Assembly (NCBI RefSeq): GCF_001457615.1
Contig: NZ_LN831024.1
Location: 5,880,001-5,912,000 of the forward strand
Length of the DNA stretch: 32,000 nucleotides
Direction: 5' to 3'
Source: Pseudomonas aeruginosa
GTDB lineage: Bacteria; Pseudomonadota; Gammaproteobacteria; Pseudomonadales; Pseudomonadaceae
Positions 18,679 through 28,864 of this stretch are shown piece after piece. Below the pieces are notes generated by a model. That model was not told where the DNA came from. It worked only from the letters and a program-made list of their open reading frames with translations, and made no database searches. The first letter of the stretch is position 1, and each line of letters begins with the position of its first letter. Position numbers and translations under genes: made by a program.

Positions 18679-19080
18679 TCAGTCCTGGCCGCCGCGCAAC
18701 TGGTGGATCTGCCGCCGCTGCTTCTTGCTCGGCCGCCCCTCTGTCTGTACGCCCAGCGCCCCGGCCTTGCGCATGGCCGCCGCGCGCTCGCGGCTTGCCA
18801 CGCTGTCCGCGGTTTCCTCGTAGAGAGCCTGGGCCTCCGGCGCGCCACGCCGGACTACGGAAAGCGCGCGAATGGTCACGGTTCGCTCGTCGAAGCCCGT
18901 ACGAATGGTCAACTCCTCCCCTACCCTGGGTTCCTTGCTCGGCTTGCACCGCTCGCCCCGGCAATGCACCTTGCCGCCCTCTATCGCGGCCTTGGCCAGC
19001 GCCCGGGTCTTGAAGAAGCGCGCCGCCCAGAGCCACTTGTCCAGGCGCACCTTGTCGTCGTCTTTCTCGCTCACTGGCAT
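18679..19080 (-). CDS. hslR: Heat shock protein 15, S4-domain RNA-binding protein
   Basis: MPVSEKDDDKVRLDKWLWAARFFKTRALAKAAIEGGKVHCRGERCKPSKEPRVGEELTIRTG. Confidence 0.95.
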   Translation of the reverse strand: MPVSEKDDDKVRLDKWLWAARFFKTRALAKAAIEGGKVHCRGERCKPSKEPRVGEELTIRTGFDERTVTIRALSVVRRGAPEAQALYEETADSVASRERAAAMRKAGALGVQTEGRPSKKQRRQIHQLRGGQD

Positions 19081-19180
19081 TTCCCGTATTCGTTCCGCCG
19101 CTGTCTCGCGACGGTCATCGACAGCCGCTAGGTTCGTCTTCGGCATCCTCGGGCAGCCGCCTGGCGGCCGCCCATAGCCC

Positions 19181-19189
19181 TGCTAGAAT
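19181..19189 (+). promoter_or_regulatory. Candidate extended -10 promoter for the rimB-rimK genes
   Basis: TGC-TAGAAT; would start transcription about 20 nt before the GTG at 19218. No good -35, as is common with extended -10 promoters. Confidence 0.4.
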
Positions 19190-19217
19190 GCCGGCAAAAC
19201 GCCTGGAATGCCTACCC

Positions 19218-19718
19218 GTGAAGACATTCGACCAGCTTTCCGTCATCGGTCTGCGCGAGTGGATCGCCTTTCCCGAACTGGGCATGGTCGGGCTGCGCGC
19301 GAAGATCGACACCGGCGCCAGCACCTCCAGCCTGCATGCATCGGACATCGTTCCCTTCGAGCGCGACGGCGAGAAGTGGGTGCGCTTCACCGCCCACCTC
19401 GGCACGCTGGTGCAGCGCCGGCACCGTTGCGAAGCGCCGATGGTCGCGCGCAAGAGCATTCGCAGCTCCAACGGCCAGGCCCAGACCCGCTACGTGATCC
19501 GCACCACCCTGGCGCTGGGCGATCGCATGTGGCCGGTAGAGTTCACCCTGGCCTGCCGCAAGTCCATGCGCTATCGCGTGCTGCTCGGCTCCAAGGCGCT
19601 GATCGCCGGGCAACTGGTGGTCAACCCGGCCCTGGCCTACGTCCAGGATCGTCCCGAGTCGCCGGCCGCCCTGCCCGCGGCGACGAGCATCGACCTGCTC
19701 GACGGGAGCCCGGTTTGA
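19218..19718 (+). CDS. rimB: RimB-like retropepsin-fold protease (COG4067 'ATP-dependent Zn protease' family)
   Basis: VKTFDQLSVIGLREWIAFPELGMVGLRAKIDTGASTSSLHASDI with DTGAS aspartic protease-like motif; immediately upstream of rimK. GTG start preferred over ATG 19188. Confidence 0.85.
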   Translation: MKTFDQLSVIGLREWIAFPELGMVGLRAKIDTGASTSSLHASDIVPFERDGEKWVRFTAHLGTLVQRRHRCEAPMVARKSIRSSNGQAQTRYVIRTTLALGDRMWPVEFTLACRKSMRYRVLLGSKALIAGQLVVNPALAYVQDRPESPAALPAATSIDLLDGSPV

Positions 19719-19849
19719 GCCATTCGCCGGCAGCACCTGTCCAACCTCCATCCATTCCCGAAACGGCCGGTCCGATGCCTGCCGCGACGACAACCCACAG
19801 CCTCGCCGCCGCTGCCCGCCAGCCGGTCCAACCCATCCACAGGTGCTGA

Positions 19850-20755
19850 ATGAAAATCGCCGTGCTGTCGCGCAATCCCCGGCTCTACTCGACCCGTCGC
19901 CTGGTGGAGGCCGGGCGGGAGCGCGGCCATGAAATGGTGGTCATCGATACGCTGCGCGCCTACATGAACATCGCCAGCCACAAGCCGCAGATCCACTACC
20001 GGGGACAACCGCTGGAGGGCTTCGACGCGGTGATCCCGCGCATCGGCGCCTCGGTGACCTTCTACGGCTGCGCGGTATTGCGCCAGTTCGAGATGATGGG
20101 CGTGTTCCCGCTCAACGAGTCGGTCGCCATCGCTCGCTCGCGGGACAAGCTGCGCTCGCTGCAACTGCTGTCGCGCAAGGGCATCGGCCTGCCGGTGACC
20201 GGCTTCGCTCATTCCCCGGACGACGTCCCGGACCTGATCGAGATGGTCGGTGGCGCACCGCTGGTGATCAAGCTGCTGGAGGGCACCCAGGGCATCGGCG
20301 TGGTCCTCTGCGAAACCGAGAAGGCCGCCGAATCGGTGCTCGAGGCTTTCATGGGACTCAAGCACAACATCATGGTCCAGGAGTACATAAAGGAAGCCGG
20401 CGGCGCCGACATCCGCTGCTTCGTGGTCGGCGACAAGGTGATCGCCTCGATGAAGCGCCAGGCAGCGCCCGGCGAGTTCCGCTCCAACCTGCACCGAGGC
20501 GGCAGCGCCAGCCTGATCAAGATCACCCCGGAAGAACGCATGACCGCCATCCGCGCCGCCCGCGTGATGGGCCTGAACGTCGCCGGGGTGGACATCCTGC
20601 GCTCCAACCATGGTCCGCTGGTAATGGAGGTGAACTCCTCGCCGGGCCTGGAAGGTATCGAATCCACCACCGGCAAGGACATCGCCGGGATCATCATCCA
20701 GTACCTGGAAAAGAACGGCGGCCCCCACCTGGCCAGGACGAAGGGAAAGGGGTGA
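19850..20755 (+). CDS. rimK: RimK, ATP-grasp ribosomal protein S6 glutamate ligase
   Basis: [52 protein letters not shown]...[23 protein letters not shown]. Confidence 0.97.
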
Positions 20756-20764
20756 GCCGGACCA

Positions 20765-20782
20765 GACAACGCATGCGTTGTC
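20765..20782. repeat. 18-bp perfect palindrome downstream of rimK
   Basis: GACAACGCATGCGTTGTC, 9 nt after the rimK stop. Confidence 0.8.
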
Positions 20783-20945
20783 CCAGCCCATCGGACGCAC
20801 CGCATTACGCTGGCGATCCCGGCCTCGACAGAAGGTCCATGCCACGCTTGAATGAAGCACCGCCGCAACCGATGCCGGAAACCCCGCCGAACCCTGGGCT
20901 CTTCCGGCACTCGAATCCTTTCCTGACGCTTCACGGAATCGCCGC

Positions 20946-21869
20946 ATGACCTCTCGTCCTTCCTCCGACCAGACCTGGCAGCCCATCGACGGCCGGGTGG
21001 CGCTGATCGCGCCAGCCTCGGCCATCGCCACCGACGTGCTGGAGGCGACCCTGCGGCAACTGGAAGTGCACGGCGTGGACTACCATCTCGGCCGCCACGT
21101 CGAAGCCCGCTACCGCTACCTCGCCGGGACGGTCGAGCAGCGCCTGGAAGACCTGCACAACGCCTTCGACATGCCGGACATCACCGCGGTCTGGTGCCTG
21201 CGCGGCGGCTACGGCTGCGGCCAGTTGCTGCCGGGCCTGGACTGGGGGCGCCTGCAGGCGGCCTCTCCGCGACCACTGATCGGTTTCTCCGACATCTCGG
21301 TGTTGCTCAGCGCTTTCCACCGCCACGGCCTGCCTGCGATCCACGGCCCGGTGGCCACCGGACTCGGTCTGTCGCCGCTGAGCGCCCCCCGCGAGCAGCA
21401 GGAGCGGCTAGCCTCTCTGGCCTCGGTCAGCCGCTTGCTGGCCGGAATCGACCATGAACTCCCGGTGCAGCACCTCGGCGGACACAAGCAACGCGTCGAA
21501 GGCGCGCTGATCGGCGGCAACCTCACCGCCCTGGCCTGCATGGCCGGCACACTCGGCGGCCTGCACGCCCCGGCGGGGTCGATCCTGGCCCTGGAGGACG
21601 TCGGCGAACCCTACTACCGCCTGGAGCGCAGCCTCTGGCAATTGCTCGAAAGCATCGACGCGCGCCAGCTCGGCGCGATCTGCCTGGGCTCGTTCACCGA
21701 TTGCCCGCGCAAGGAAGTCGCCCACAGCCTGGAGCGGATCTTCGGCGAATACGCCGCCGCCATCGAGGTGCCGCTCTACCACCACCTGCCCAGCGGGCAT
21801 GGTGCGCAGAACCGAGCCTGGCCTTACGGGAAGACCGCGGTGCTCGAGGGAAACCGGTTGCGCTGGTAG
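20946..21869 (+). CDS. ldcA: Muramoyltetrapeptide (L,D-) carboxypeptidase
   Basis: MTSRPSSDQTWQPIDGRVALIAPASAIATDVL...TAVWCLRGGYGCGQLLPGLDW (GGYG nucleophile region), LIGFSDISVLL. Confidence 0.95.
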   Translation: MTSRPSSDQTWQPIDGRVALIAPASAIATDVLEATLRQLEVHGVDYHLGRHVEARYRYLAGTVEQRLEDLHNAFDMPDITAVWCLRGGYGCGQLLPGLDWGRLQAASPRPLIGFSDISVLLSAFHRHGLPAIHGPVATGLGLSPLSAPREQQERLASLASVSRLLAGIDHELPVQHLGGHKQRVEGALIGGNLTALACMAGTLGGLHAPAGSILALEDVGEPYYRLERSLWQLLESIDARQLGAICLGSFTDCPRKEVAHSLERIFGEYAAAIEVPLYHHLPSGHGAQNRAWPYGKTAVLEGNRLRW

Positions 21870-21945
21870 GGACGGGGCGCGCCCTTCTCCGTAAGCGCGA
21901 GAGGGGGCGGGAAGTGCCGCTGGAACGGCACAAACCCGTCAGGTA

Positions 21946-23265
21946 TCAGGCCGCGCCGCGCGGCAGCAGCAACCCCAACGGCAGGCAGACCCGCGCTTCC
22001 AGGCCGCCGCCATCGCGGTTGCGCAGTTCGACGCTGCCGCCGTGCTGGGCGGCGATGCGCTTGACGATCGCCAGGCCGAGGCCGGTGCCCTTGCCGCCAC
22101 GCGCCTTGTCGCCACGGATGAAGGGATTGAAGATGCTGTCCACTTCCGCGGGATCGATGCCCTGGCCGCGATCGAGCACGCTCAGCACCACGTAGGGCGC
22201 CGCGCTTTCGCCGGCCACGTAGCTGGCCACCTCCACCGAACCGCCGCCGTGGTTCAGGGCATTGTCGATCAGGTTGCCCAGCAGACGCTTCATCGACACA
22301 CGCCGCAACGGCATCGCCGGTACCGGTTGCAAGGCCATGCGCACCTGCTCGCGAGTCTGGTTGAACGGCGCCACGACCTCGCGCACCAGGTCGGTCAGGT
22401 CGCCCTCCTCCACCGGCTCGTCGCGGCCGTCGCGGATGAAGGCGAGGAACTGGTCGAGGATCGCGTCCATGTCCTCGATGTCGCGGATCATGTCCTCGAC
22501 CATCTCCCGTTCGCTCTCCGGCAGCAACTCCAGCGACAGGCGCAGGCGCGTCAGCGGGGTGCGCAGGTCGTGGGAGACACCGGCCAACATCAATTCGCGT
22601 TCGCGCCCGCCCTGCTCGATGTCCTCGGCCATCTGGTTGAAGGCGCGATACACCTCGGCCATTTCACTCGGCGTCTCCGGTCCCAGCGGCAGGCGCACGC
22701 TGCGCCCCTGGCCGAACTGGCGGGCGGCGACCACCAGGCGCTTGAGCGGCTGGCTGAGCTGGCGGACGAAGATCCAGGCGGCGGCGGTGGAGAGCAGGCC
22801 GATGCCGAGGAACCAGCCGAGCACGCTCCAGATCCGTTGGCCACGCAAGGGATGCGGATACAACGGCACCGCCAGCCAGCCTTCGCCGAGGCTCGGTGCG
22901 CGCACCCAGAGCTGCGACGGCTGGTGGATACGCAGGCGGGTCTCGGTGTCCGGCCCCAGCTCCATCTGCATCTGCCGCTGGAAGATTTCCGTGTACGGCC
23001 AGTGCTGCTCGCCGGGCTGGTCGGCGCTGCTCGGCACCCAGCGCAGGCCGGAAGCCTTGGCGATGGCCGCGCGCGACTCCTCGTCGGCAGCCCAGAACGC
23101 GCGGATGGTCAGCGCCGCGCCGTGGCTGTACTGGCGGTCGACGATCACGTCCTCGTTCATCAGCAGGTAGACCAGGGTCAGCGCCTTGGAGAACAGCACG
23201 ACGATCAGCACCAGCCAGAGGGTGCGGGCGAAGAAGCTTTGCGGGAACCAGAGCGGCGTTTTCAT
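21946..23265 (-). CDS. amgS: EnvZ-like sensor histidine kinase (AmgS)
   Basis: 439 aa; two TM segments, HAMP, AGVSHDLRTPLTRLRLSLELLPE H-box, LLGNLIDNALNHGGG N-box, GKGTGLGLAIVKRI. Confidence 0.93.
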   Translation of the reverse strand: MKTPLWFPQSFFARTLWLVLIVVLFSKALTLVYLLMNEDVIVDRQYSHGAALTIRAFWAADEESRAAIAKASGLRWVPSSADQPGEQHWPYTEIFQRQMQMELGPDTETRLRIHQPSQLWVRAPSLGEGWLAVPLYPHPLRGQRIWSVLGWFLGIGLLSTAAAWIFVRQLSQPLKRLVVAARQFGQGRSVRLPLGPETPSEMAEVYRAFNQMAEDIEQGGRERELMLAGVSHDLRTPLTRLRLSLELLPESEREMVEDMIRDIEDMDAILDQFLAFIRDGRDEPVEEGDLTDLVREVVAPFNQTREQVRMALQPVPAMPLRRVSMKRLLGNLIDNALNHGGGSVEVASYVAGESAAPYVVLSVLDRGQGIDPAEVDSIFNPFIRGDKARGGKGTGLGLAIVKRIAAQHGGSVELRNRDGGGLEARVCLPLGLLLPRGAA

Positions 23266-23359
23266 CGATCGGACCGGTTGCGCGCCGGCGGACGGGGCCG
23301 ACGCCTGTTGCGGGTAAGACGACGCGGCCGGTGCATCGCTGCACCGGCCGCGCGGAGAC

Positions 23360-24103
23360 TCAGGCCTTGCGCGCGTTGCCGTCCGGCACGAACACGTAGC
23401 CGACGCCCCAGACCGTCTGGATATAGCGCGGCTTGGACGGATCCGGCTCGATCAGCCGGCGCAGGCGCGAGATCTGCACGTCGATGGAACGCTCCAGGGC
23501 ATCCCACTCGCGGCCACGGGCGAGGTTCATCAGCTTGTCCCGGGTCAGCGGTTCGCGGGCGTGCTGCACCAGGGCCTTGAGCACGGCGAACTCGCCGGTG
23601 GTCAGCATGTGTACCTCGTCGCCCTTCTTCAGTTCGCGGGTGGCGAGGAACAGCTGGTAGTCGCCGAAGGTCACCACCTCGTCGGCACCGGCAGGCGCGC
23701 CGGGCACCAGCGGCGCCTGGCGGCGCAGCACGGCCTTGATCCGCGCCAGCAGTTCGCGCGGGTTGAACGGCTTGGCCAGGTAGTCGTCGGCGCCCAGTTC
23801 CAGGCCCTGGATGCGGCTGCCCTCGTCGCCCTTGGCGGTGAGCATGATGATCGGCACCTGGTTGTTCTGTTCGCGCAGGCGGCGGCAGGCAGTGAGGCCG
23901 TCCTCGCCGGGAAGCATCAGGTCGAGCACAACCAGCTGGAACAGTTCGCGGGATAGAAGGCGATCCATCTGCTCGGTGTTCTCCACCGCGCGGACGCGGT
24001 AGCCCTGCTCGTCGAGGAAACGTTCGAGCAGGCGGCGCAGGCGGGCGTCGTCGTCGACGACGAGGATCTTTTCACCTTCGGCCAGGGCGGCAGGGTTCGA
24101 CAT
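23360..24103 (-). CDS. amgR: OmpR-like response regulator (AmgR)
   Basis: KILVVDDDARLRRLLERFLDEQGY...LVVLDLMLPGEDGLTACRRLR receiver and winged-helix ...ECSIDVQISRLRRLIEPDPSKPRYIQTVWGVGYVFVPDG-like C-terminus. Confidence 0.95.
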   Translation of the reverse strand: MSNPAALAEGEKILVVDDDARLRRLLERFLDEQGYRVRAVENTEQMDRLLSRELFQLVVLDLMLPGEDGLTACRRLREQNNQVPIIMLTAKGDEGSRIQGLELGADDYLAKPFNPRELLARIKAVLRRQAPLVPGAPAGADEVVTFGDYQLFLATRELKKGDEVHMLTTGEFAVLKALVQHAREPLTRDKLMNLARGREWDALERSIDVQISRLRRLIEPDPSKPRYIQTVWGVGYVFVPDGNARKA

Positions 24104-24220
24104 AGAAACTCCCAGAATGAGTCAGGCGGGCATTATCGCCCAGGTAGCGGCTGGGCCGGACTGTCCATTGTTAGCAGATTTTTCCCCGACCAGCCGCCCT
24201 CCAAGGCGAAACTTGGCAGG

Positions 24221-24226
24221 TATAAT
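24221..24226 (+). promoter_or_regulatory. Candidate sigma70 -10 box for tex
   Basis: Consensus TATAAT about 66 nt upstream of the tex ATG at 24292; no clear -35. Confidence 0.45.
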
Positions 24227-24291
24227 GCGGCGCTTTTGCGGCGGGGCGTTGTCTACACGGCCCGTTTTCGTTCGTTTTACCAGGTGGATCA

Positions 24292-26631
24292 ATGGACAGC
24301 ATCAACACCCGTATCGCCGAAGAGCTCTCCGCACTGCCCTCCGGCCGCGTTCAACCGCAGCAAGTCGCCGCTGCCGTCGCCCTGCTCGACGAAGGCTCCA
24401 CCGTTCCCTTCATCGCCCGTTACCGCAAAGAGGTCACCGGCAGCCTCGACGATACTCAGTTGCGCATGCTGGAAGAGCGCCTGCGCTATCTGCGCGAACT
24501 GGAAGAACGCCGCGGCGCGATCCTCGCCAGCATCGAGGAACAGGGCAAGCTGACCCCCGAACTGGCCCGCGACATCAAGCTCGCCGACACCAAGACCCGT
24601 CTCGAAGACCTCTACCTGCCTTATAAGCAGAAGCGCCGCACCAAGGGCCAGATCGCCCTGGAAGCCGGCCTCGGCGCGCTGGCCGACGCACTGTTCGACG
24701 ACCCGACCCTGGTCCCGGAAAGCGAGGCCGCGCGTTTCGTCGACGCCGAGAAAGGCTTCGCCGACGTCAAGGCGGTGCTGGAAGGCGCCAAGTACATCCT
24801 CATGGAGCGCTTCGCCGAAGACGCCACGCTGCTCGACAAGCTGCGCGTGTTCATGAAGAACGAAGCGACCCTGACCGCCCGCGTGGTCCCCGGCAAGGAA
24901 CAGGAAGGCGCCAAGTTCAGCGACTACTTCGAACACGACGAGCCGCTGAAAAGCGCCCCGTCGCACCGCGCCCTGGCGATCTTCCGCGGACGCAACGAAG
25001 GCGTCCTCAGCGCCTCGCTGAAGGTCGGCGAGGAAGCGCCGGGCACCCTGCACCCATGCGAAGTCATGATCGCCCAGCGCTTCGGCCTGTCCAACCAGGG
25101 CCGCGCCGCCGACAAGTGGCTGGCCGAGGTGGTGCGCTGGACCTGGAAGGTCAAGCTCTATACCCACCTGGAAACCGACCTGTTCGGCGAGCTCCGCGAC
25201 GGCGCCGAGGACGAGGCGATCAGCGTGTTCGCGCGCAACCTGCACGACCTGCTGCTGGCCGCCCCGGCCGGCCCGCGCGCCACCCTCGGCCTCGACCCGG
25301 GCCTGCGCACCGGGGTCAAGGTCGCGGTGGTCGACGCCACCGGCAAGCTGCTGGACACCGCCACCGTCTACCCGCATGCGCCGAAGAACCAGTGGGACCA
25401 GACCCTCGCCGTGCTCGCCGCGCTGTGCGCCAAGCACCAGGTCGAGCTGATCGCCATCGGCAACGGCACCGCCAGCCGCGAAACCGACAAGCTGGCCGGC
25501 GAACTGATCAAGAAATATCCGGGCATGAAGCTGACCAAGATCATGGTCAGCGAGGCCGGCGCATCGGTGTATTCCGCCTCCGAACTGGCGGCGAAGGAGT
25601 TCCCCGAGCTGGACGTGTCCCTGCGCGGCGCCGTATCCATCGCCCGTCGCCTGCAGGACCCGCTGGCGGAGCTGGTGAAGATCGAGCCCAAGTCGATCGG
25701 CGTCGGCCAGTACCAGCACGACGTGTCCCAGCTGAAGCTGGCGCGTAGCCTGGACGCGGTGGTCGAGGATTGCGTGAACGCCGTCGGCGTCGACGTCAAC
25801 ACCGCCTCCGCCGCCCTGCTGGCACGCATCTCCGGCCTCAACTCGACGCTGGCGCAGAACATCGTCGCGCACCGCGACGCCAACGGCGCGTTCCGCACCC
25901 GCGACGAGCTGAAGAAAGTCAGCCGCCTGGGCGAGAAGACCTTCGAGCAAGCCGCCGGCTTCCTCCGCGTGATGAACGGCGACAACCCGCTGGACGCCTC
26001 GGCGGTGCACCCGGAGACCTATCCGCTGGTGCAGCGCATCGCCGCCGACACCGAGCGCGACATCCGCTCGCTGATCGGCGACTCGGCGTTCCTCAAGCGC
26101 CTCGACCCGAAGAAGTTCACCGACGAGACCTTCGGCCTGCCGACCGTCACCGACATCCTCAAGGAACTCGACAAGCCCGGCCGCGACCCGCGTCCGGAGT
26201 TCAAGACCGCAGAGTTCCAGGAAGGCGTCGAGAGCCTCAAGGACCTCAAGCCGGGCATGGTCCTGGAGGGCGTGGTGACCAACGTCACCAACTTCGGCGC
26301 ATTCGTCGACATCGGCGTCCACCAGGACGGCCTGGTGCACATCTCGGCGCTGTCCGAGAAGTTCGTCAAGGATCCGTACGAAGTGGTCAAGGCCGGCGAC
26401 ATCGTCAAGGTCAAGGTCATGGAAGTGGACATCCCGCGCAACCGTGTCGGCCTGTCCATGCGCATGAGCGACACCCCCGGCGAGAAGGTCGAAGGCCAGC
26501 GCGGCGGGCGTCCCGCCGGCAGCGGCCAGCCGCGCCAGGAGCGTGGCGCCCCGCGCGGACAGAGCGCGCCGCCGGCGAACAACGCCATGGCCGCGCTGTT
26601 CGCCAACGCCAAGCAACTGAAGAAGAAGTGA
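24292..26631 (+). CDS. tex: Tex, S1-domain transcription accessory protein (YhgF-like)
   Basis: 779 aa; [54 protein letters not shown]; YqgF-like [17 protein letters not shown]; HhH; C-terminal S1 [36 protein letters not shown]. Confidence 0.97.
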   Translation: MDSINTRIAEELSALPSGRVQPQQVAAAVALLDEGSTVPFIARYRKEVTGSLDDTQLRMLEERLRYLRELEERRGAILASIEEQGKLTPELARDIKLADTKTRLEDLYLPYKQKRRTKGQIALEAGLGALADALFDDPTLVPESEAARFVDAEKGFADVKAVLEGAKYILMERFAEDATLLDKLRVFMKNEATLTARVVPGKEQEGAKFSDYFEHDEPLKSAPSHRALAIFRGRNEGVLSASLKVGEEAPGTLHPCEVMIAQRFGLSNQGRAADKWLAEVVRWTWKVKLYTHLETDLFGELRDGAEDEAISVFARNLHDLLLAAPAGPRATLGLDPGLRTGVKVAVVDATGKLLDTATVYPHAPKNQWDQTLAVLAALCAKHQVELIAIGNGTASRETDKLAGELIKKYPGMKLTKIMVSEAGASVYSASELAAKEFPELDVSLRGAVSIARRLQDPLAELVKIEPKSIGVGQYQHDVSQLKLARSLDAVVEDCVNAVGVDVNTASAALLARISGLNSTLAQNIVAHRDANGAFRTRDELKKVSRLGEKTFEQAAGFLRVMNGDNPLDASAVHPETYPLVQRIAADTERDIRSLIGDSAFLKRLDPKKFTDETFGLPTVTDILKELDKPGRDPRPEFKTAEFQEGVESLKDLKPGMVLEGVVTNVTNFGAFVDIGVHQDGLVHISALSEKFVKDPYEVVKAGDIVKVKVMEVDIPRNRVGLSMRMSDTPGEKVEGQRGGRPAGSGQPRQERGAPRGQSAPPANNAMAALFANAKQLKKK

Positions 26632-26642
26632 CGGAGCCGTCC

Positions 26643-27032
26643 ATGAGCGAGATGCCCGCCCGCGAGCAGATGATCAGCGCCTACAGCGAACTGGTCGGCC
26701 TAGACCCGGTCAGCCTCGGCGACGGAGTCGCCGAGGTACGCCTGCCGATGGCCGCGCACCTGCGCAACCGCGGCGGGGTCATGCATGGCGGCGCGCTGTT
26801 CTCGCTGATGGACGTGACCATGGGGCTGGCCTGCTCCAGTTCCCATGGTTTCGACCGCCAGAGCGTCACCCTGGAATGCAAGATCAACTACATCCGCGCC
26901 GTCGCCGACGGCGAGGTGCGCTGCGTCGCCCGCGTCCTCCATGCCGGGCGCCGCAGCCTGGTGGTGGAAGCCGAGGTGCGGCAAGGCGACAAACTGGTCG
27001 CGAAAGGACAAGGTACCTTCGCCCAGTTGTAA
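26643..27032 (+). CDS. PaaI-like hotdog thioesterase
   Basis: MSEMPAREQMISAYSELVGLDPVSLGDGVAEVRLPMAAHLRNRGGVMHGGALFSLMDVTMGLACSS; HGG motif. Confidence 0.88.
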   Translation: MSEMPAREQMISAYSELVGLDPVSLGDGVAEVRLPMAAHLRNRGGVMHGGALFSLMDVTMGLACSSSHGFDRQSVTLECKINYIRAVADGEVRCVARVLHAGRRSLVVEAEVRQGDKLVAKGQGTFAQL

Positions 27033-27238
27033 ACCGGCGCGGCCGCCATGCGGCAGAGTGGCGCGCAACGGCGATCCCGATCCGTGCCGGGCGCCCGCCT
27101 CGACGGCTCCCGCCGAAGGCGCGGCGACCGGCCCCCGGACGAAGCGAAAACGCATTTACGTCCTCCCTCTTGTAGACCGCTCGGTCCACCCTCATATTGG
27201 GGCGACCGATCTGGGACGCGATCACAAGGAATCCCGAC

Positions 27239-28822
27239 TTGAGCGATCTTCTCTCCCGCCGCCTGGCTCTGCTCGGCGCCGCAGCCAACCTGCCCCTGCT
27301 GACCGAGTGCCTGCATGGCATCGAGCGCGAATGCCTGCGAGTCGATAGCGACGGCAAGCTGGCGCTCACCCCCCACCCCCGGGCCCTGGGTTCGACCCTG
27401 ACCCATCCGCAGATCACTACCGACTACTCCGAGGCCTTGCTGGAGTTCATCACGCCCACGGAAACCGACGTCGCCGACACCCTGGCCGATCTCGAGCGCA
27501 TCCACCGCTTCGCCAGTTCGAAGCTGGACGGCGAATACCTGTGGAGCCCATCGATGCCCTGCGAGCTGCCGGACGAGGAGAGCATCCCGATCGCCCGCTA
27601 TGGCAGCTCGCTGATCGGCCGCCTGAAGTACGTCTACCGCAAGGGCCTGGCGCTGCGTTACGGCAAGACCATGCAGTGCATCGCCGGCATCCACTACAAC
27701 TTCTCCCTGCCGGAGAGGCTCTGGCCGCTGCTGCGCCAGGCCGAAGGCAGCGAGCTGTCGGAACGCGACTACCAGTCCGCCGCCTACATCGCCCTGATTC
27801 GCAATTTCCGCCGCTACAGCTGGCTGCTGATGTACCTGTTCGGCGCCTCGCCGGCCCTCGACGCCGGCTTCCTGCGTGGCCGCCCGAGCCAGTTGGAGCG
27901 CCTCGACGAACACACGCTTTACCTGCCCTACGCCACCAGCCTGCGGATGAGCGACCTGGGCTACCAGAACAACGCCCAGGCCGGCCTGACGCCCTGCTAC
28001 AACGACCTGCAGAGCTACATCGACAGCCTGCGCCAGGCGGTCAGCACGCCCTACCCGCCCTACGAGAAGGTCGGCACCAAGCAGGATGGCGAATGGGTGC
28101 AGCTGAACACCAACATCCTGCAGATCGAGAACGAGTACTACTCGAGCATCCGGCCAAAGCGCGTCACCTACACCGGCGAGCGTCCGGTGCAGGCCCTGGC
28201 CGCTCGCGGCGTGCAGTACGTGGAAGTGCGCTGCCTGGACATCAACCCGTTCCTGCCGCTGGGCATCGACCTGGACGAGGCGCGCTTCCTCGACGCCTTC
28301 CTGCTGTTCTGCGCGTTCAGCGACAGCCCGCTGCTGAACGGCGAGTGCAGCGACGCCACCGACAACTTCCTCGCCGTGGTCAAGGAAGGCAGGCGGCCGG
28401 GCCTGCAATTGCAACGTCGCGGCCAGCCGGTGGAATTGCAGGTCTGGGCGAACGAGCTGCTCGAACGAATCGCCGACACCGCGGCGCTGCTCGACCGCGC
28501 GCGCGGCGGCGAAGCCCACGCGGCGGCGCTGGCAGCGCAGCGGGCGAAGGTGGCCGATGCGGAACTGACGCCTTCGGCGCAGGTGCTGAAGGTCATGCGC
28601 GAGCGCGGCGAGAGCTTCGAAGCGTTCTCCCTGCGCCAGAGCCGCGAACACGCGGAGTATTTCCGCCAGCATCCGCTGGCCGCCGAAGAGCAGGCGCGCT
28701 TCGAGAAGATGGCCAGCGACTCCCTGGCCGAACAGACGGAGCTGGAACGCGACCAGGATGGCGACTTCGATACCTTCGTCGCCGCCTACCAGGCGAGCAT
28801 CCTCGGCCTGATCAGCAACTGA
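27239..28822 (+). CDS. gshA: Glutamate--cysteine ligase, TTG start
   Basis: [73 protein letters not shown]; AAGGA SD before TTG 27239; 527 aa. Confidence 0.96.
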   Translation: MSDLLSRRLALLGAAANLPLLTECLHGIERECLRVDSDGKLALTPHPRALGSTLTHPQITTDYSEALLEFITPTETDVADTLADLERIHRFASSKLDGEYLWSPSMPCELPDEESIPIARYGSSLIGRLKYVYRKGLALRYGKTMQCIAGIHYNFSLPERLWPLLRQAEGSELSERDYQSAAYIALIRNFRRYSWLLMYLFGASPALDAGFLRGRPSQLERLDEHTLYLPYATSLRMSDLGYQNNAQAGLTPCYNDLQSYIDSLRQAVSTPYPPYEKVGTKQDGEWVQLNTNILQIENEYYSSIRPKRVTYTGERPVQALAARGVQYVEVRCLDINPFLPLGIDLDEARFLDAFLLFCAFSDSPLLNGECSDATDNFLAVVKEGRRPGLQLQRRGQPVELQVWANELLERIADTAALLDRARGGEAHAAALAAQRAKVADAELTPSAQVLKVMRERGESFEAFSLRQSREHAEYFRQHPLAAEEQARFEKMASDSLAEQTELERDQDGDFDTFVAAYQASILGLISN

Positions 28823-28827
28823 GCCAA

Positions 28828-28861
28828 GCCGGCGCGCCCCTGCGCCCAGGGACGCGCCGGC
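28828..28861. terminator. Terminator hairpin between convergent gshA and argA
   Basis: GCCGGCGCGCCCCT...AGGGACGCGCCGGC; 14-bp stem with one mismatch. Confidence 0.6.
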
Positions 28862-28864
28862 GGA

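Noticed and set aside
24289-26616. 775-aa minus-strand ORF antisense to tex
   Set aside because: Mirror ORF from high GC3 codon usage; the sequence is low-complexity and has no family character, while tex on the plus strand is unambiguous.
26888-28672. 594-aa minus-strand ORF over gshA
   Set aside because: Shadow ORF; the plus-strand gshA is unambiguous.
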